A DNA stretch of 61,535 nt, filler included, from Choristocarpus tenellus KU-1152 (lineage: Eukaryota > Protista > Phaeophyceae), in assembly GCA_964200185.2 (NCBI GenBank). It is 8 parts of 8 records of this genome, joined end to end, with 100 filler letters (N's around TTAATTAATTAA, not from the genome) between each part and the next. Parts side by side here need not be neighbours in the genome. Positions count along the whole stretch, not along the records: positions 35,576 to 47,336 come from CAXNAD020002154.1; positions 47,437 to 52,213 come from CAXNAD020013101.1; 6 more parts are not named here. One strand, written 5' to 3'. Position numbers and translations under genes: made by a program. The notes beneath the pieces are model-generated. The model ran no database searches, was not told the DNA's origin, and saw nothing but the letters and a program-made list of their open reading frames with translations. Shown here piece by piece: positions 36,422 through 49,149 of the stretch (its first letter is position 1; the number at the start of each line of letters is the position of its first letter).

Positions 36422-39400
36422 GCAAGTGGCATGAAGTGTGGTTGACTGGCAATGTTAAGGGTTGATGATACTAGCTAGGCTTGGAGAGTCTAGACTTTCC
36501 AGGTTGCTGATTTTTGCGTTTTTGAAGGGAGGGTTTAATAATAATAATAATAAGGTGGGGGTAGTTTGTGATCTCTGTTGTGTTTCCTTTTGATGGCATG
36601 CTCCTCTCTAGGAGTTCATTCGTTCAAAACACTTTCTCACCTCTGTGCCCAACAGCGGGGGGGTTGAACTTGTGGAAAAGTACGTTAATGATATTTTTTG
36701 CATGGAAAGTTGGTTGCCCTCGCTGTTGCTTCCTTTCCTCTCCAGCGCGATGTTGTTCTGTTGAATCCATATCATCACTAACCAACTGGGTGACCGTGGT
36801 AAGCTGGGAGGGTAATGGAGGGGGGGGCGGCTCATAGAACCTTGTCCGTGGTTTGGGGATTTGGGCACTTTGCTTGTTTCAAACACAGGAACATATTATG
36901 GACATCGATTGCTTCCTTTGAGATGGTTTGATGTTGCCGATGCCAGGATGTGTCCATCCATTTTTGAGGTTGAAAGTCTATATGTTGTCTAGGTGTGGTA
37001 TATGGATGCATGTCAAGGCGTCCGTTGTTTTCACTAGTGTCTCTTCTGTCCCAGAGGTCCATCATCTTCGACTCTGGATCTGCAGCCAGTCTGTTTAGCT
37101 GAATGCAGAAGCAACACCTCGTGGAAAAAGATGTGCTCCTGTCTGATTTTGTGTGCACCATGCCGGGAAAGACTGAGGTTGCTGCTCAATAGTCTGGTGA
37201 CCCCCTTTCAGTTGAGCTTCCCTAGTTCGATTTAGGGGACAGGTTTACTGTTATTTGGGTGTTGAGGCAGCCTTGCTGTGTCAATGCCACTAGTCCCTTC
37301 CATAAAACTGGCTATATATGACATAGTGTGGACTGAAGGCATGCTGCATGTTCATGTCAACTGGGGTGTGTCCATGTGTCACAGTGACTTTCATACATAT
37401 ATTTTTAGTTTTGCAGCACTCTACTATGGAAAAGGAAGATACTAGAGCTTTTTGGGGGGATGTTTTACCCGCCTTCGCCCCCCCCCCCCCCCCCCCCCCC
37501 TTCCCTGTTGTGAGCCTTCTGTCTCAAAGTGAGATGAGACTTTTTTATGTTGTGCATACGGCCTTTGTGAGGGTTCTGTGGTTACTGAGATGTGGGCCAA
37601 AGCCCGAGTGACTCCTGACACAAAGATGTGCTGAACACTGTGGGGGGGGCAACATTGATTAATCAGTGGGACCCAGTGGACAGATAGTATCCTGGCAAGG
37701 GTATGAAATCCACTAACGGATTGTGTGCCTGTATAGTATCTTTACTTAGAGCACATAGGGAGGTTCCTGTGTAGCTTGTGCTCTTTGTTTGGCTCTGGAA
37801 GGGGATTGTGGTGGTGTCATGTCATGTCAGTATGATTTTGTTTCTAGTATAGGTGAGGGATGAAAGTCAGAGTGACAAGACATTCATGGATGAAAAATAA
37901 AATAATCAGAGAAATGTAACTTTCATGGAAGGCATGACAAAGTGGCTGGATCACTATGACGTACAATAGTAGGCCAATTTATCAGGAGTGAGAGGCATTG
38001 ATGTTTCGCTTTTTCATGAGTTCACTGCCCTTGATAATCAGACATGAGATGTCTCATTTGCTGACGAGAAATTGTCAAAATCCTTGAGGAAAGAGCTTTC
38101 AGTTACAACAGCACTGAGATAGAAAGTGTAACAGATGCTACTACAGTAAAAGTAGTTGTTATGGAATGTGCGAATCTCTACCTCCATAGGATACCCCACT
38201 TGGGTACCCGCTGGTCTTACCTTCTAACTTCATTATGGTAGAATATGATGAGAAGAAACTGAATATATATATACATGCTGATTCTCCATCCCTGTCCCTC
38301 ATTTAGCCTAGTCTCAACGGACCAGCAATGCAACCCAACCTTGTGAAAGTAACTGAGCTTTGTTGCTGTTCACAATCCAGTGAGGTGAATGACCTGGTGC
38401 CAGCAACCAACCACTCCAAAGCTTTAGCATTAGATTGAAGGAGATTTGACCAGTACTGTGCAATCTCATGACAAGTGTACCTGGATAAAATGTTTTGCCC
38501 ACCTACATGTCTCCATGATCCCAGTGTGGCTGAGTGTGCAGCCAATGACAGACCTGCAACGTGAGTGACCCTCTGGTGGTCAATAAAAGCAATGGGGTTG
38601 ACCAGAGACTTGATATGCTGAGAGATCAAAGCGCCCCCTTGAGCCAAGTGCCCAAAATGTCTGGTTTGTGCCCTGTTCAAGACAAACTCCAGAATAAACG
38701 GCAAAACCAAGATCTATACACACTGATAGTCCATCTGCTATCTTAGCAGCACTGGGTGATTCACGGCCATGGTATCCCAAGTGACAGAAAAACAGGTCGT
38801 TCAATTATAAGCAGCGGGAAGAATTAGCTATAGAAATACCAGGAGTGTCTTCTATGAGAGCTCAAAATCATCCACAAGCCATCTTCAAGTTCCTTCAAAC
38901 GAAGCTTGCATGATGATGAAGCGACTACAATGCCTCTCGATGTGTGCATGTATCTCTTCTATTGGTGGTACAGATGGAGAGGCAGAACCCTTCGTATGGT
39001 TCAACAGGGGAGGAAAAATACCTTGAGCATAAAACCTCCAATAGTTTCTGATCGAGCTTGTGACTGTGGTGAATCGTTCATTTTTTTCTTTTGATACCCA
39101 AGAGCACCAGTAGAATAGAGAGTTTGCTACAAGTCCACACAAAACTGTCCACCTACCTAGAAAAAGGGAAAACACCCTAACAACTGGAAAGTCCTGTAGT
39201 GAGGCAAGTTGTCCCCAACCCCCCCCCCCCCCCCTCCTATTTCGACATTCTCGGAACACAGAAAATCAATAAATTTATACATGGCACCTACAATATAAGG
39301 AAATTCATTCAAGTCCAGCCAATAGCTACAAAAAATAGCATGGCACCTCCTTTTTGGTTGAGACGGAGTACACTCAACATTCAATCCGAGAACTATCATA

Positions 39401-39507
39401 CGGCTCAGCTTTATAAATGATGAGTCGTTCCTGCATCCACTCGTTCACTCAAGATAAGCTGCATCTTCTACCCTTTGAGCGATACCAACTCCACCACAAC
39501 TCTTACT

Positions 39508-40393
39508 TCATTGCCCCTCTTCTCCCTTAGATTTGTCCAAGGTCGTTGCACTATGTGGGTTTGATACAACGGGCTTCGCTGTGGAGGAAGGAGTAGCTGG
39601 AGGAGGGTAAATTATATTCAATAGGGTGTTCGATGCATTCATCACGGCCGCGTTCCAGCTCCTTCGGGCGGTAGCAACGAGCTCGTGGTCCCCTGTAAAG
39701 TGGTCGTTATGACTACGTTGAGGGGAGGCATACGACCGACGAGGGAGTAACTCGTACAACTGTTGGGGGGAAATGCAAATGCAAGGGTGAAAGTTAGGGG
39801 AAAGGGTTGGGCAATAGGAAATAGAGGATGAGTATGTACATCTTGCATTGGTGCAAGACTTTACTGGCCGTTGTTGGTCGCAAAATCTGAGATGACACTC
39901 CATCTTGGTACAACTCAATCGACAAAGTTTACATGGTAACTATCCTGTATTCAGCAAAGTTGGAGGTCAACGTTTTAATTTTTTTTCACGCTGCTGACAA
40001 AAGATCCTGGGCAGGGAGGCGTATCACATACATGTGTAGGAAACAATGTTGGGCAAACCTAGAGTGCAACTTCCGACCATATCATTTAACAATGCTCCTG
40101 TTGATGTCTCGAACTTGAGCACGGAAATTGCTAGCCACACGCATCATAAATACATTGCAGACGTACTCGCTGCACTAGCATAACAAATAAATCTTGCTGG
40201 CACATGACGAGGTTTGGTTCTCGCTGACCTTTTCCATATACCCATGAGTCTCGGGCTTGAATGGCTCTATACCACCTCCTGTGATTGTAATTACAGCCTC
40301 ATTTCTTCCGTTTATTAGTCGTTCTGAAGTGTAGCAATAAATACATCCTGATGTCGCCAATCCTGCGAGAAAGGGCGCCATTCGTGAAGCCAT
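39508..40393 (-). CDS. Small protein, Mic12/AIM5/QIL1-like MICOS subunit candidate; complement(join(39508..39759,40229..40393)), 138 aa
   Basis: Phase-0 GT-AG intron. N-terminal hydrophobic segment FLAGLATSGCIYCY and a C-terminal amphipathic ARRSWNAAVM carrying the WN motif. Confidence 0.55.
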
Positions 40394-41048
40394 AGGAGAT
40401 CTCGTCTCCTTCTCTTGAAGAGAAACAGAGTTTTGGGGTATTTACATAAAGGGTTCGTTGGGGTGAATGATATCGCGCGCTGGTTGATGGCGCGCATTTT
40501 GGCTGCAAACATGACTGCTTTTGATTGAACTAAAAGTATGCAAGTAGAAATGGTTAGGTCGCAAATGCAAGGAAATGCTTGTTTGAGTCCCTGCTCCCCA
40601 TTCTGTTCCCCCTTCCCTCCCAGCACTCTTCATCTCGTCAACTTAGACGCCTTGATCAATCAGTATGCACCTCGAGAGAATTATTCCTCTTTCAAGATTC
40701 GATGTTAGTAAACAATCTCTGTACTGTATAATACGAGATATAGACAGGGGGATATCAAATATTATCGCCACAACAGTAGTGGATGGGATGGGTGACGGAC
40801 TCGCCAACTCCTTACGAATGAGTTGTTGACTACGTTTCTTCATACATCATCCCTTTAGATTACGTTATCATTCGACAACCACTACACAACGCAATACTTC
40901 TCATACTATTAAAGCTGACAAACAGTTGCACTACCACTACTACTAGTTGTACTGCCTTCGTTCCTGCCTCGGTTTTTGCGGGTTGGGTTCCGCACTCCCG
41001 CACATTGACTCTCAGTCTCCTTCCTCACTTGAAGCTTCATGCGAACCC

Positions 41049-41221
41049 ACCTCAAAGACTGGGGGGGGAGGGTCTACACCAGAGTGTCCATTTGGACCAA
41101 AAGCAGGAAAAGTGCACTTTCATTGTCCATCCAATGTGTGGAACCAAATCACCCAAAAATCGCAATATGAAAAAATTGGTCCCAAATGAACAGCCGCCAC
41201 CTCCCTCAGATACTTTGAGCA
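41049..41221. mobile_element. MITE family A (~175 bp)
   Basis: CTCAAAG...G-run GTCTACACCAGAGTGTC ... CAGATACTTTGAGC; interior closely similar to 45000-45176. Confidence 0.85.
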
Positions 41222-42999
41222 AAAGTTTCTTCCTCAATCTTCACCAGGCGTTTATTGCCGCATAGTCACAGAAAGGATAGTGCAGGAGGCGTACAATCCG
41301 TTGTGCTTGCGACCTGAAATAGTACAACTAAAACTAGATTTCTGTGAAGAAGAATCTGATGTTGAAGAGGTTCAAACCTGCGAAATTCATGGTGTAGGTA
41401 GCTGGCACCTTAACCACCGAGCCATGAGGATGTTGTATATCATAGCGCCCACCAATCCTCCACACACTGCACTCAGGGAGAAAGAGGCCACCACCTATTG
41501 AGTGGCACCACTTAAGGTGAACTTTCTTGGGCGTACAGTTGTGTTTGCTTACCATTTTCTAAGGGAAGAGGGAGGGGCATAATGGGGTGATGTAACAACG
41601 TATCTCTTCTAGTATTGGGGGTTGGAGGTTGGCCTTGACCAGAAGTTGACACCAGATTCCAGTATTCGCCCTTCATATGTACATTTCTTCATAAAAAAAA
41701 GAGATCAAGCCCTCCACTAAGAAAGATCGAATCTTCGCATGCGTAGAGCTATGGCACACATCACTTGTGTTGCATCTTCCCATATCCCTTACAGAAATGC
41801 AATCGTCCTTCAATTATTGGAAGTGGTACGCACTGGGTTCTGTGTGCTGACCGTCGACTATGCAATACCTCTAACCACCACTCCATCAATCTTGAGGGCC
41901 GTCGATTTCTGACAAGAAGCGGAAGAAGAAACGATGACAAAAACATCATCCTATCAGTGACATAGCCACTACTGACACCTCCAACCAATGTCAATCGACG
42001 GAAATATCTGATTTGGGACATCCTTAACCAAAAAATAATGTTTCCAAAAATATGTTAATTATGTATTTCCAATCTTTTTTACAACCCCCGTTCCTATCCC
42101 ATTGCTATCCCGTTCCTGTGATTATTCCCATACGTACACCTGATATAGTAGTAGTCGAAGTTAGAACAATAAATGAAAGGATTCCAACTTCAAACAACCC
42201 CAACAGGAAAATCATATTTAGAGAGTCGGTGCTGGGACGTACGCCCACCCATCCATCGGGCGGACAGGTTGCTCGCTCTTATATGATAATTAAGGGAGAG
42301 ATCCCCCCAAAAGAAGGGTTTTTCACCAGGCTAGGCAGTTAGCATGTCCACTGTCCGTCATATAGCCGCACACCAGCCGTTGGCACTCCAATATTGAAGA
42401 CTGATGGTCAAGAACTTGTCCATATTGCAACTTAGTTGTACATATTATTCCAACTTTGTTGTGCCACCTGCCTCATGTTGAGTAGTGACGGTCATGGACT
42501 TGACCATGTCAGAACATCTGATCTATGGCAGGACAAGGATTTTGGTTTTGAGCTCAACCCGGACATATGTCTGGTCATCCGTGTTGATTTATCATTCACT
42601 TAGTTGTATCCTATACCTCTAGTGTAAGTACGAAATGTGAAATATATGTTGATATTTCTGTCACTTCTATTATTGTGCTATTTTAGGGACTGCTGGAAAT
42701 TCAAAATTGAATACAAATACATCATTGTGTATTGGTGTTTTGGTGGTTGAGGTGAGGTGCTTGCAAGATCATTTTGACGCTATACTCTGTTTTTTGAGAC
42801 TACAAATATGTCAAAAGGTAAACATGTAATTTAAACTATAATTCCATACATATATGTCTCCTAACATTCTCACTGTATACATATGTATGTATATTCTCTT
42901 CATGACTTAGAACTAAGATATCCCCCAAACATTTGAAATAGCTGGACCTTTGACATGTGTATATATTTCATCATGGACTAGTACAACACGTAGAGGACA

Positions 43000-43275
43000 C
43001 TGTCTGGACATGCCAGAAAAGGTTAGACTGGCTGGCCTGCAGACATGAACCTATACAATTTCCCAGTTGATATGGTCCAGACATGTTAGAGAATGGTAGA
43101 CCCAGTCCGACCAGCAGACACGGACCAGTACAATATCTAACGCACGTGGTCCGGACATGTTAGAGTATGTTGACCAGATCCGGCAGGCAGACATGAACTG
43201 GTTCAATACCTAGTGGATATGGACCAGGACACGTTAAATAATTGTGGGGGTGGTCGGACTGGTGGACAGGTCTAT
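43000..43275. repeat. Degenerate ~73-bp tandem repeat, ~4 units
   Basis: GTC(T/C)(G/A)GACATG..AGA-like cores at ~43003, 43075, 43149 and 43222; GCAGACA recurs in register in the first three units. Confidence 0.75.
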
Positions 43276-43356
43276 TTGAATTTTACTGGTCTGATGAAAA
43301 GATTTCTTGCAACAAGGTATCTGTATAGAACCAGTACCGGTGAGGTTTTCTATATT

Positions 43357-43617
43357 GAGTCAAAGTATCTTAGAGGGTAGAGCGGCGTCAGTTTGGGGGC
43401 CAAAATCCAACGTTGCGATTTCGATGTAATTTTGGCTATTGTGTTTGTTAGGAAGTGTCAATCATCCTTGTTCCGAACACACCTTTTCATAAACGTACAC
43501 ATTCTACCTACTTCGAAACATTTCGGAGTAGGAAAATGTCATAAAAAACCCCGTGGGAAGTCAAGCCACAAATTGACAAACAGGGCAAAATTCATACCCT
43601 CTAAGATACTTTCACTC
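43357..43617. mobile_element. MITE family C, reverse orientation, TSD ATT
   Basis: ATT|GAGTCAAAGTATCTTAGAGGGTA ... TACCCTCTAAGATACTTTCACTC|ATT. Confidence 0.92.
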
Positions 43618-44019
43618 ATTGTTCGGGATTTCAAAAATCTAGAATGTGTGCGAGGGCAAGTGTACGCACAAGGATGAAACCTAACGCATAATTTCACCAA
43701 CAATAATATTTTGACTGGAGATCTGCCTGTCTGGAGCTGGGGTTGGCCTTGGCGCCAGAGGTACTTCAGGAGAGAATGCTCAACAGCAGTTACAGCAGTG
43801 CCTCTCTTCAACTAGGACAGCAAACTTGCTTTTAGTAGGAATGCATTGCAATCGCCTGACCCTACCACCGATTGAGGAGTGTTATGGGTCAGGCCTGGTA
43901 GAATCATGGTTGGGAGTCAAAGCATTTAAGAGCGTAGGGGAGATTTGCCCTCTTTGTCTGTTCGGGGCTTGACTTTCCACTTTTTTTTATGCCCCTTTTA
44001 GGTTTTCTGTCTGAAGACA

Positions 44020-44200
44020 GGCTCAAAGTATCTGGGGGGGGGGTGGCGGGTGTCCATTTGGGGTCCATTTTTTCCATGTCGCAATTTCTGGGTGATTTGG
44101 TTGTTTACGTCGGATGGATTATGTACGTGTACTTTTCCTGATTTTGTCCCAAATGGACACCCTGGTGTAGATCCCCCACCCCTCTCAAATACTTTGGGTC
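44020..44200. mobile_element. MITE family A, reverse orientation, TSD ACA
   Basis: ACA|GGCTCAAAGTATCTGGGG ... AAATACTTTGGGTC|ACA. Confidence 0.92.
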
Positions 44201-44999
44201 ACATTTACCTAAAATGTATACTCCTCTATCCCATAAGCCTGTATCTTAACGGTTTTTTGTGAGTAACCTTTTCAAACGTGAGCTTCAGAAATAGCAAATG
44301 GTATAGATACCTTCAAAATATTTTTCCATTTCGAAACGGTTGAGAAATCAAACCCTCAACACAAACTTTTTATTTTAAATTTCAGATTTAGCAAAAACAG
44401 GAAAACTGGAAAAAAATATACTGGGAATGATGGTTAATCGCCCATAACGTCTCAACGACACCTCCAATGAAGACACGGTTAGCTCCGTTGGATTCCTTGG
44501 CTTTTTTTTTTTCAAGTTCTTGCTCTTCACTCTCATTCTCTCCTCAATCCACCAAGTTGTGGCCACGTTGTATGGGTCTCTGTCAACGGCCATCGAGTGA
44601 GAGATGATCAGGTTTTGGTCGTTTTGAATTTTATGTCACTTCCTTCGTCTTTTGTAATTCACCCTTATTTCTATGATCGAATTGCCAAGATTGACTTGAA
44701 AGTGTTGACTTCTCTGTTGTGTGAAAAGTTTCAACATAATTCTGGAAAATCTCTCTACGCATTTGTTCAAAAAGCTGAGTTTTGGACGTATGTCATCATC
44801 TACAAATAATGCAGGCCTGGGTTCCTCTCCTTCACTTTGGCTCGTCTTTCATTCTAATTGGAAGGCTAACCTCCAGGATTTCCCATCTGGTGTAGTGCAC
44901 TGACAGGCCTGGAACGAGGAACAACAGCAGGTTGAAGAGTAGTGAGGGGCACATGACTATCACATACGGGTTTGTTACATTGTCACATTGAACTCTTGT

Positions 45000-45176
45000 G
45001 ACCCAAAGTATCTGGGGGGGGGGGGGTCTACACCAGAGTGTCAATTTGGACCGAAATCAGGAAATGTGCACTTTCATTATCCGTGTATGTGTGGAACCAA
45101 ATCGTCCAAAAATCGCAATATGAAAAATTTGGTCCCAAATGGACAGCCGCCACACACACCCCAGATACTTTGAGCC
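45000..45176. mobile_element. MITE family A, TSD TGT
   Basis: TGT|GACCCAAAGTATCTGGGG ... CCCCAGATACTTTGAGCC|TGT. Confidence 0.92.
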
Positions 45177-45739
45177 TGTTGTCAATAGCCCTGCCAGTAT
45201 GGCATGCCATACAGGTGAAGTAAATGCAACTACTCCGAAAGTAAGAGGTCCATGTATCAATATATTCTCAGTGCCACTCAATGAAGTCGTTTCCCTCAAG
45301 ATTTGACACATATACAGGCGCTGCGAGAGCTATAAACGGCCAAGCAGTCTATTGGGTCACGTCATATTGGGCTAATTCCTATTCCCCATCACGTTTTAAG
45401 CTCTTGGGAGATGGCATCAAAGCAGGTAACGTCTTGGAGATATGCACGTAGTTCGCAATAGGAAATAACTCAGCAACAATATCCTTTGCTACGGAGACCC
45501 TCCTTCTAGACGGTCTTCTATGGTACCTCCTAAGCATTGGATGCTATTGCTCCTCCGCGGCAGCAATACCTAGACTGGGTAGGCAACATGTTGATGAAGG
45601 TAGTCAGTTATAAGAGAAACATATGTGCCCGCCTGTCATCAAAACATGGGGTAGATACCAGTGACGAGTGGTTCCTGCATGTGAGAGGATATGATTGTTG
45701 ACATAGTATTGATGCATGTATTTTGATTTATCTTCCAGA

Positions 45740-45968
45740 GACCCAAAGTATCTGGGGGGGATGGGGGGTCTACACCAGGGTGTCCTTTAGGTCCAAAACC
45801 ATGAAAAGTGCACTTACATTGGGTCAAATTATCTGGGGGGGGGGATGTCGGTGTCCGTTTTTGACCATTATCCATCCGACGTATGCAACCAAATCACCCC
45901 AAAATTGCGACATGGAGAAATTGACCCCAAATGGACACACCCGTCTCCCCCTCCAGATACTTTGAGTG
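45740..45968. mobile_element. MITE family A (TSD AGA) containing a nested 46-bp family B element (45821-45866, TSD ATT)
   Basis: AGA|GACCCAAAGTATCT ... AGATACTTTGAGTG|AGA. Compared with 45000-45176, it has an insertion GGGTCAAATTATCTG...GTCCGTTTTTGACC with a duplicated ATT. Confidence 0.88.
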
Positions 45969-47012
45969 AGACAACGACCACACCAATCCAATAGGCCCAA
46001 TGTTGTCCCAATGACAGAAATCATGCCTAGCATGAATGGCGTTGTAGACAGTGCTTAAAAAAATAGTGGTGCAAGGAAATAGGCCGCAACTGCTCATCAG
46101 TGGTAAAGTAGCCTAATGATTCCACAATTTTTTGGTGAACCAGGGCTGGCACTTGAAAGATCCATCTTTTACCATCAATTGGCGTTGCTGTACAACGAGA
46201 GAGCCGGTAAGAATTTTGAATTAGTGGCGAGGTAAGCAATATATAAATGACTACGGGGCACACAGTCAAATATTAGGTGCATCGGTCTAGATGCAGAGAT
46301 ATTCTAAGTGTAGTGAGTAACGCAAGTATGGTATGGTTTTCTGTCGGTCCATGATGATTCAAACTGGAATACCACTGATCCTAACGTCACACTGACAGGC
46401 AACAGAATTTGATTAGAAGATACAGATTTTTTCGCTCTTGAAGAACTCAATTTTTTTTTTACAGCATCAAAACACATTCTTGTTTGTATTTTGGGCGGAG
46501 TGACTTCTGAGACGCTAAGTGCACGATGAAGTTGCACAAGACCTTGCACCAGCCAGCACGTACAGATGTTATCTTTAACATACATATTCCTTGCATTGGC
46601 TGTTGTGGTTTTGAATCAGATAGATGTGGATGTTTGAGGTCTACACTGCCATTAAATTATCAGATGGGTATACAGGGTCACACGTTAAGGGAATCAAATT
46701 TGAGTTGCGACTATTAGATGATTTGATCGTCACCTGTAATGTGTTCAAGGTCGTCCACAACCTCTCCGCCTTGGGCATCGTCACTTTGGAGTCCATGTGC
46801 GGTACCTACTACTGCTGGTGGAATTGGCGCTAAGGGTTATGGGGATGGCGTGAAGAACGACTGAATAACCCTGTAGCGAAATGCCTATCTTGCCCTCTTC
46901 GCCACATCTAGGAAGAGTCAATGAAGTGCGAACAATACAGATTCGCCTTAAACTTTTCACAAACTCAACACCGAAGCCACTGACATCTTACCAGTACAAA
47001 TCTAGCATTTCA

Positions 47013-47014
<2 letters not shown>

Positions 47015-47048
<34 letters not shown>
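47015..47048. repeat. (GTA)n microsatellite
   Basis: About 11 units. Confidence 0.9.
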
Positions 47049-47436
47049 ATGTTGTTATCAAATCCATTATTTCGGGTTACGCACCCAAACCTTGTGAAGA
47101 CAAAAGCTGGTTATGCTATACAGAGTCCCAGACCAAATCTTCCTGGTGATGATGAAGCCACGCATGTGTAATGCTCAGCTACAGGGTATGCAATGCATCT
47201 CATGTGGTAGGTCCCATGCCCTCGTTTTGGCAAGGAGAGGGGAGGGTAAGCTTGTTCAAACAGCTATTATGTGCTTGGCAGCAACGTGTGGCATCATGCA
47301 CAATGCTGCACAAAACGTTCCTATTATTATATCCCCNNNNNNNNNNNNNNNNNNNNNNNNNNNNNNNNNNNNNNNNNNNNTTAATTAATTAANNNNNNNN
47401 NNNNNNNNNNNNNNNNNNNNNNNNNNNNNNNNNNNN

Positions 47437-48180
47437 CTACATAGATGAAATGGCTCGGGATGGGGTGGTAGTGAGATGCATCAGTGGAGATGGTGCTGGT
47501 GAGTTCGGAAGGAGCACAAGGTTCCAGCGCATGTTGTCAGAGCGGGGCGTGAAATGGCGCAAGACACCCCCACGCACGCCCCAGAGCAACGTTATTGCTG
47601 AGCGGGCAATAAAACAGATAATGCAAGCTGCTCGCAGCCAGTTGATTCAAGCTGGAATGGGGGAGGAGTTCTGTTTTTTTGCAGTGGCAGACGCCACATT
47701 CAAGGCCACTGGAATGCCACACGAATACTTGGGAGGCGAGACACCATATGAGCGCCTGACTAACGCACCCTTTAACTACAATCGGCTTCGAGTATTTGGG
47801 ACAGAGTGTTTTGTACATCGAACTAAGCAACAGCGCGGCCTGACACTTTGACTAAGCCTTTGCGTAAGAATCTTACTTCTAGTTTTGTGCATTCTGTGCT
47901 TTCGCGTCGGGGGTGAGCTTTTGCCAGCAACTTTGCTGCACGCTCATGGGGGAGTGTGCAATATAGGCTGATATTCTATATGGTTTATATTTATTTAGTG
48001 AACAATACTTGGCAACAGGAATGTTGGCTAAGTGGAACAAGTGTCATTGACTTATGTTCGTGTGCTTAAAGTAATGGGTTTGAATCTCAGATGATCGATT
48101 TCTTATTACTTGATATAAATGGACTGATGGAGGAGGTCTGACATAGTACTAGCTACACAGGATAAGTGACATAGTACGAT
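47437..48180 (+). mobile_element. Ty1/Copia deletion derivative: integrase core joined directly to the RNase H tail, PPT and 3' LTR
   Basis: ISGDGAGEF, TPPRTPQSNVIAER, TPYERL, LRVFGTECFVH, then immediately PDTLTKPL (RNase H end) in another frame. PPT GGGGGAG at 47948-47954 is followed by TG. LTR end approximate. Confidence 0.88.
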
Positions 48181-48887
48181 GTNNNNNNNNNNCAGCTGAT
48201 ATACGTAAAAAACAATAAGATATTAAGAGAGAGCATCCCCCCCCCCCACCGAGGGCAGTGCTCACTCCGCTAATAAATACATCCATACCACATAAAGCAA
48301 AATACTCTACTTGAGTAGCTCTCTTTTTACAAAATTTTGTCTCCCAACTGAACGCGACTCTACCCTCTAAGATACTTTGACTCTGCATACACGTCGGAGG
48401 GTTAGTTGTGTGGGATAGACGGTCTTAGTACGATGTGCATGGTCAGGGTTGGAAGGGTTCTGCGTGCTCCAGAGGACACAGAGTAAGAGAAGACATTGTT
48501 GGAACATTACTAAACCCCTGTGTCTACTGAGCAGATAGTCAGCTGACTACCTCCGCGGTAGACACCAGGGTTTACTAGTGCTCTAACCGACATAACCATT
48601 GCGGTGCAATGTTTCTGGAATTTAGATATCACATTAGGCAGGGCTATAGGGCAAACACACCAGAATATTGTATTGCGATGTGTAAGTTGTCTCATCCAAG
48701 GACGCATTATGGAGGATGGCAATAAGTATGAGAGAACAATGGCAGAACACATCAATCGAAATAAAATTCAGGTTGTCAACAGGTGAAGAAAGGTATGTGT
48801 ATGAGGAAACATGAACACTAACCCTATAAGAACATGTCATTTAGAATGTACTTTTTGTAAAAAAACTGTTGATTTAGAGAACGTCCG

Positions 48888-49143
48888 GAGTGTAGAGTAC
48901 CTTAGAGGGTACGAGTTTTTTTTCCTGTTTGTCCGTTTGGGGCTTAATTACCCCGACATGTTTTAAATGACATTTAACCTACACCAAGGAGTGCGTAAGA
49001 TGTATACGTTATGAAAAGTAGTGTCCGAAACAAGGATGTTGTCGTCTCCTAACAAAAATGACAGCTAATATTACATCAAAATCGCGACATTAGATTTTGG
49101 TTCCCATATGGATGCGCCTCTACCCTCTAAGATACTCTGTCTC
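48888..49143. mobile_element. MITE family C, degenerate; additional right-end fragment at ~48335-48383
   Basis: CTTAGAGGGTACGAG ... CTCTACCCTCTAAGATACTCTGTCTC. Confidence 0.8.
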
Positions 49144-49149
49144 GCGACT

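Noticed and set aside
36540-37200. Possible LINE 3' end with a (TTA)n tail on the minus strand
   Set aside because: No RT or endonuclease motif recognisable; the tail alone is insufficient.
43285-43320. CTGATGA sites as hammerhead ribozyme cores (also 21968, 31965, 46094)
   Set aside because: No stem II plus GAAA arrangement found at any of the sites inspected.
46020-46900. Possible Ulp1-like protease remnant on the minus strand (ILLPV..., SSCGLF)
   Set aside because: Only isolated short motifs; no HW motif or continuous frame found.
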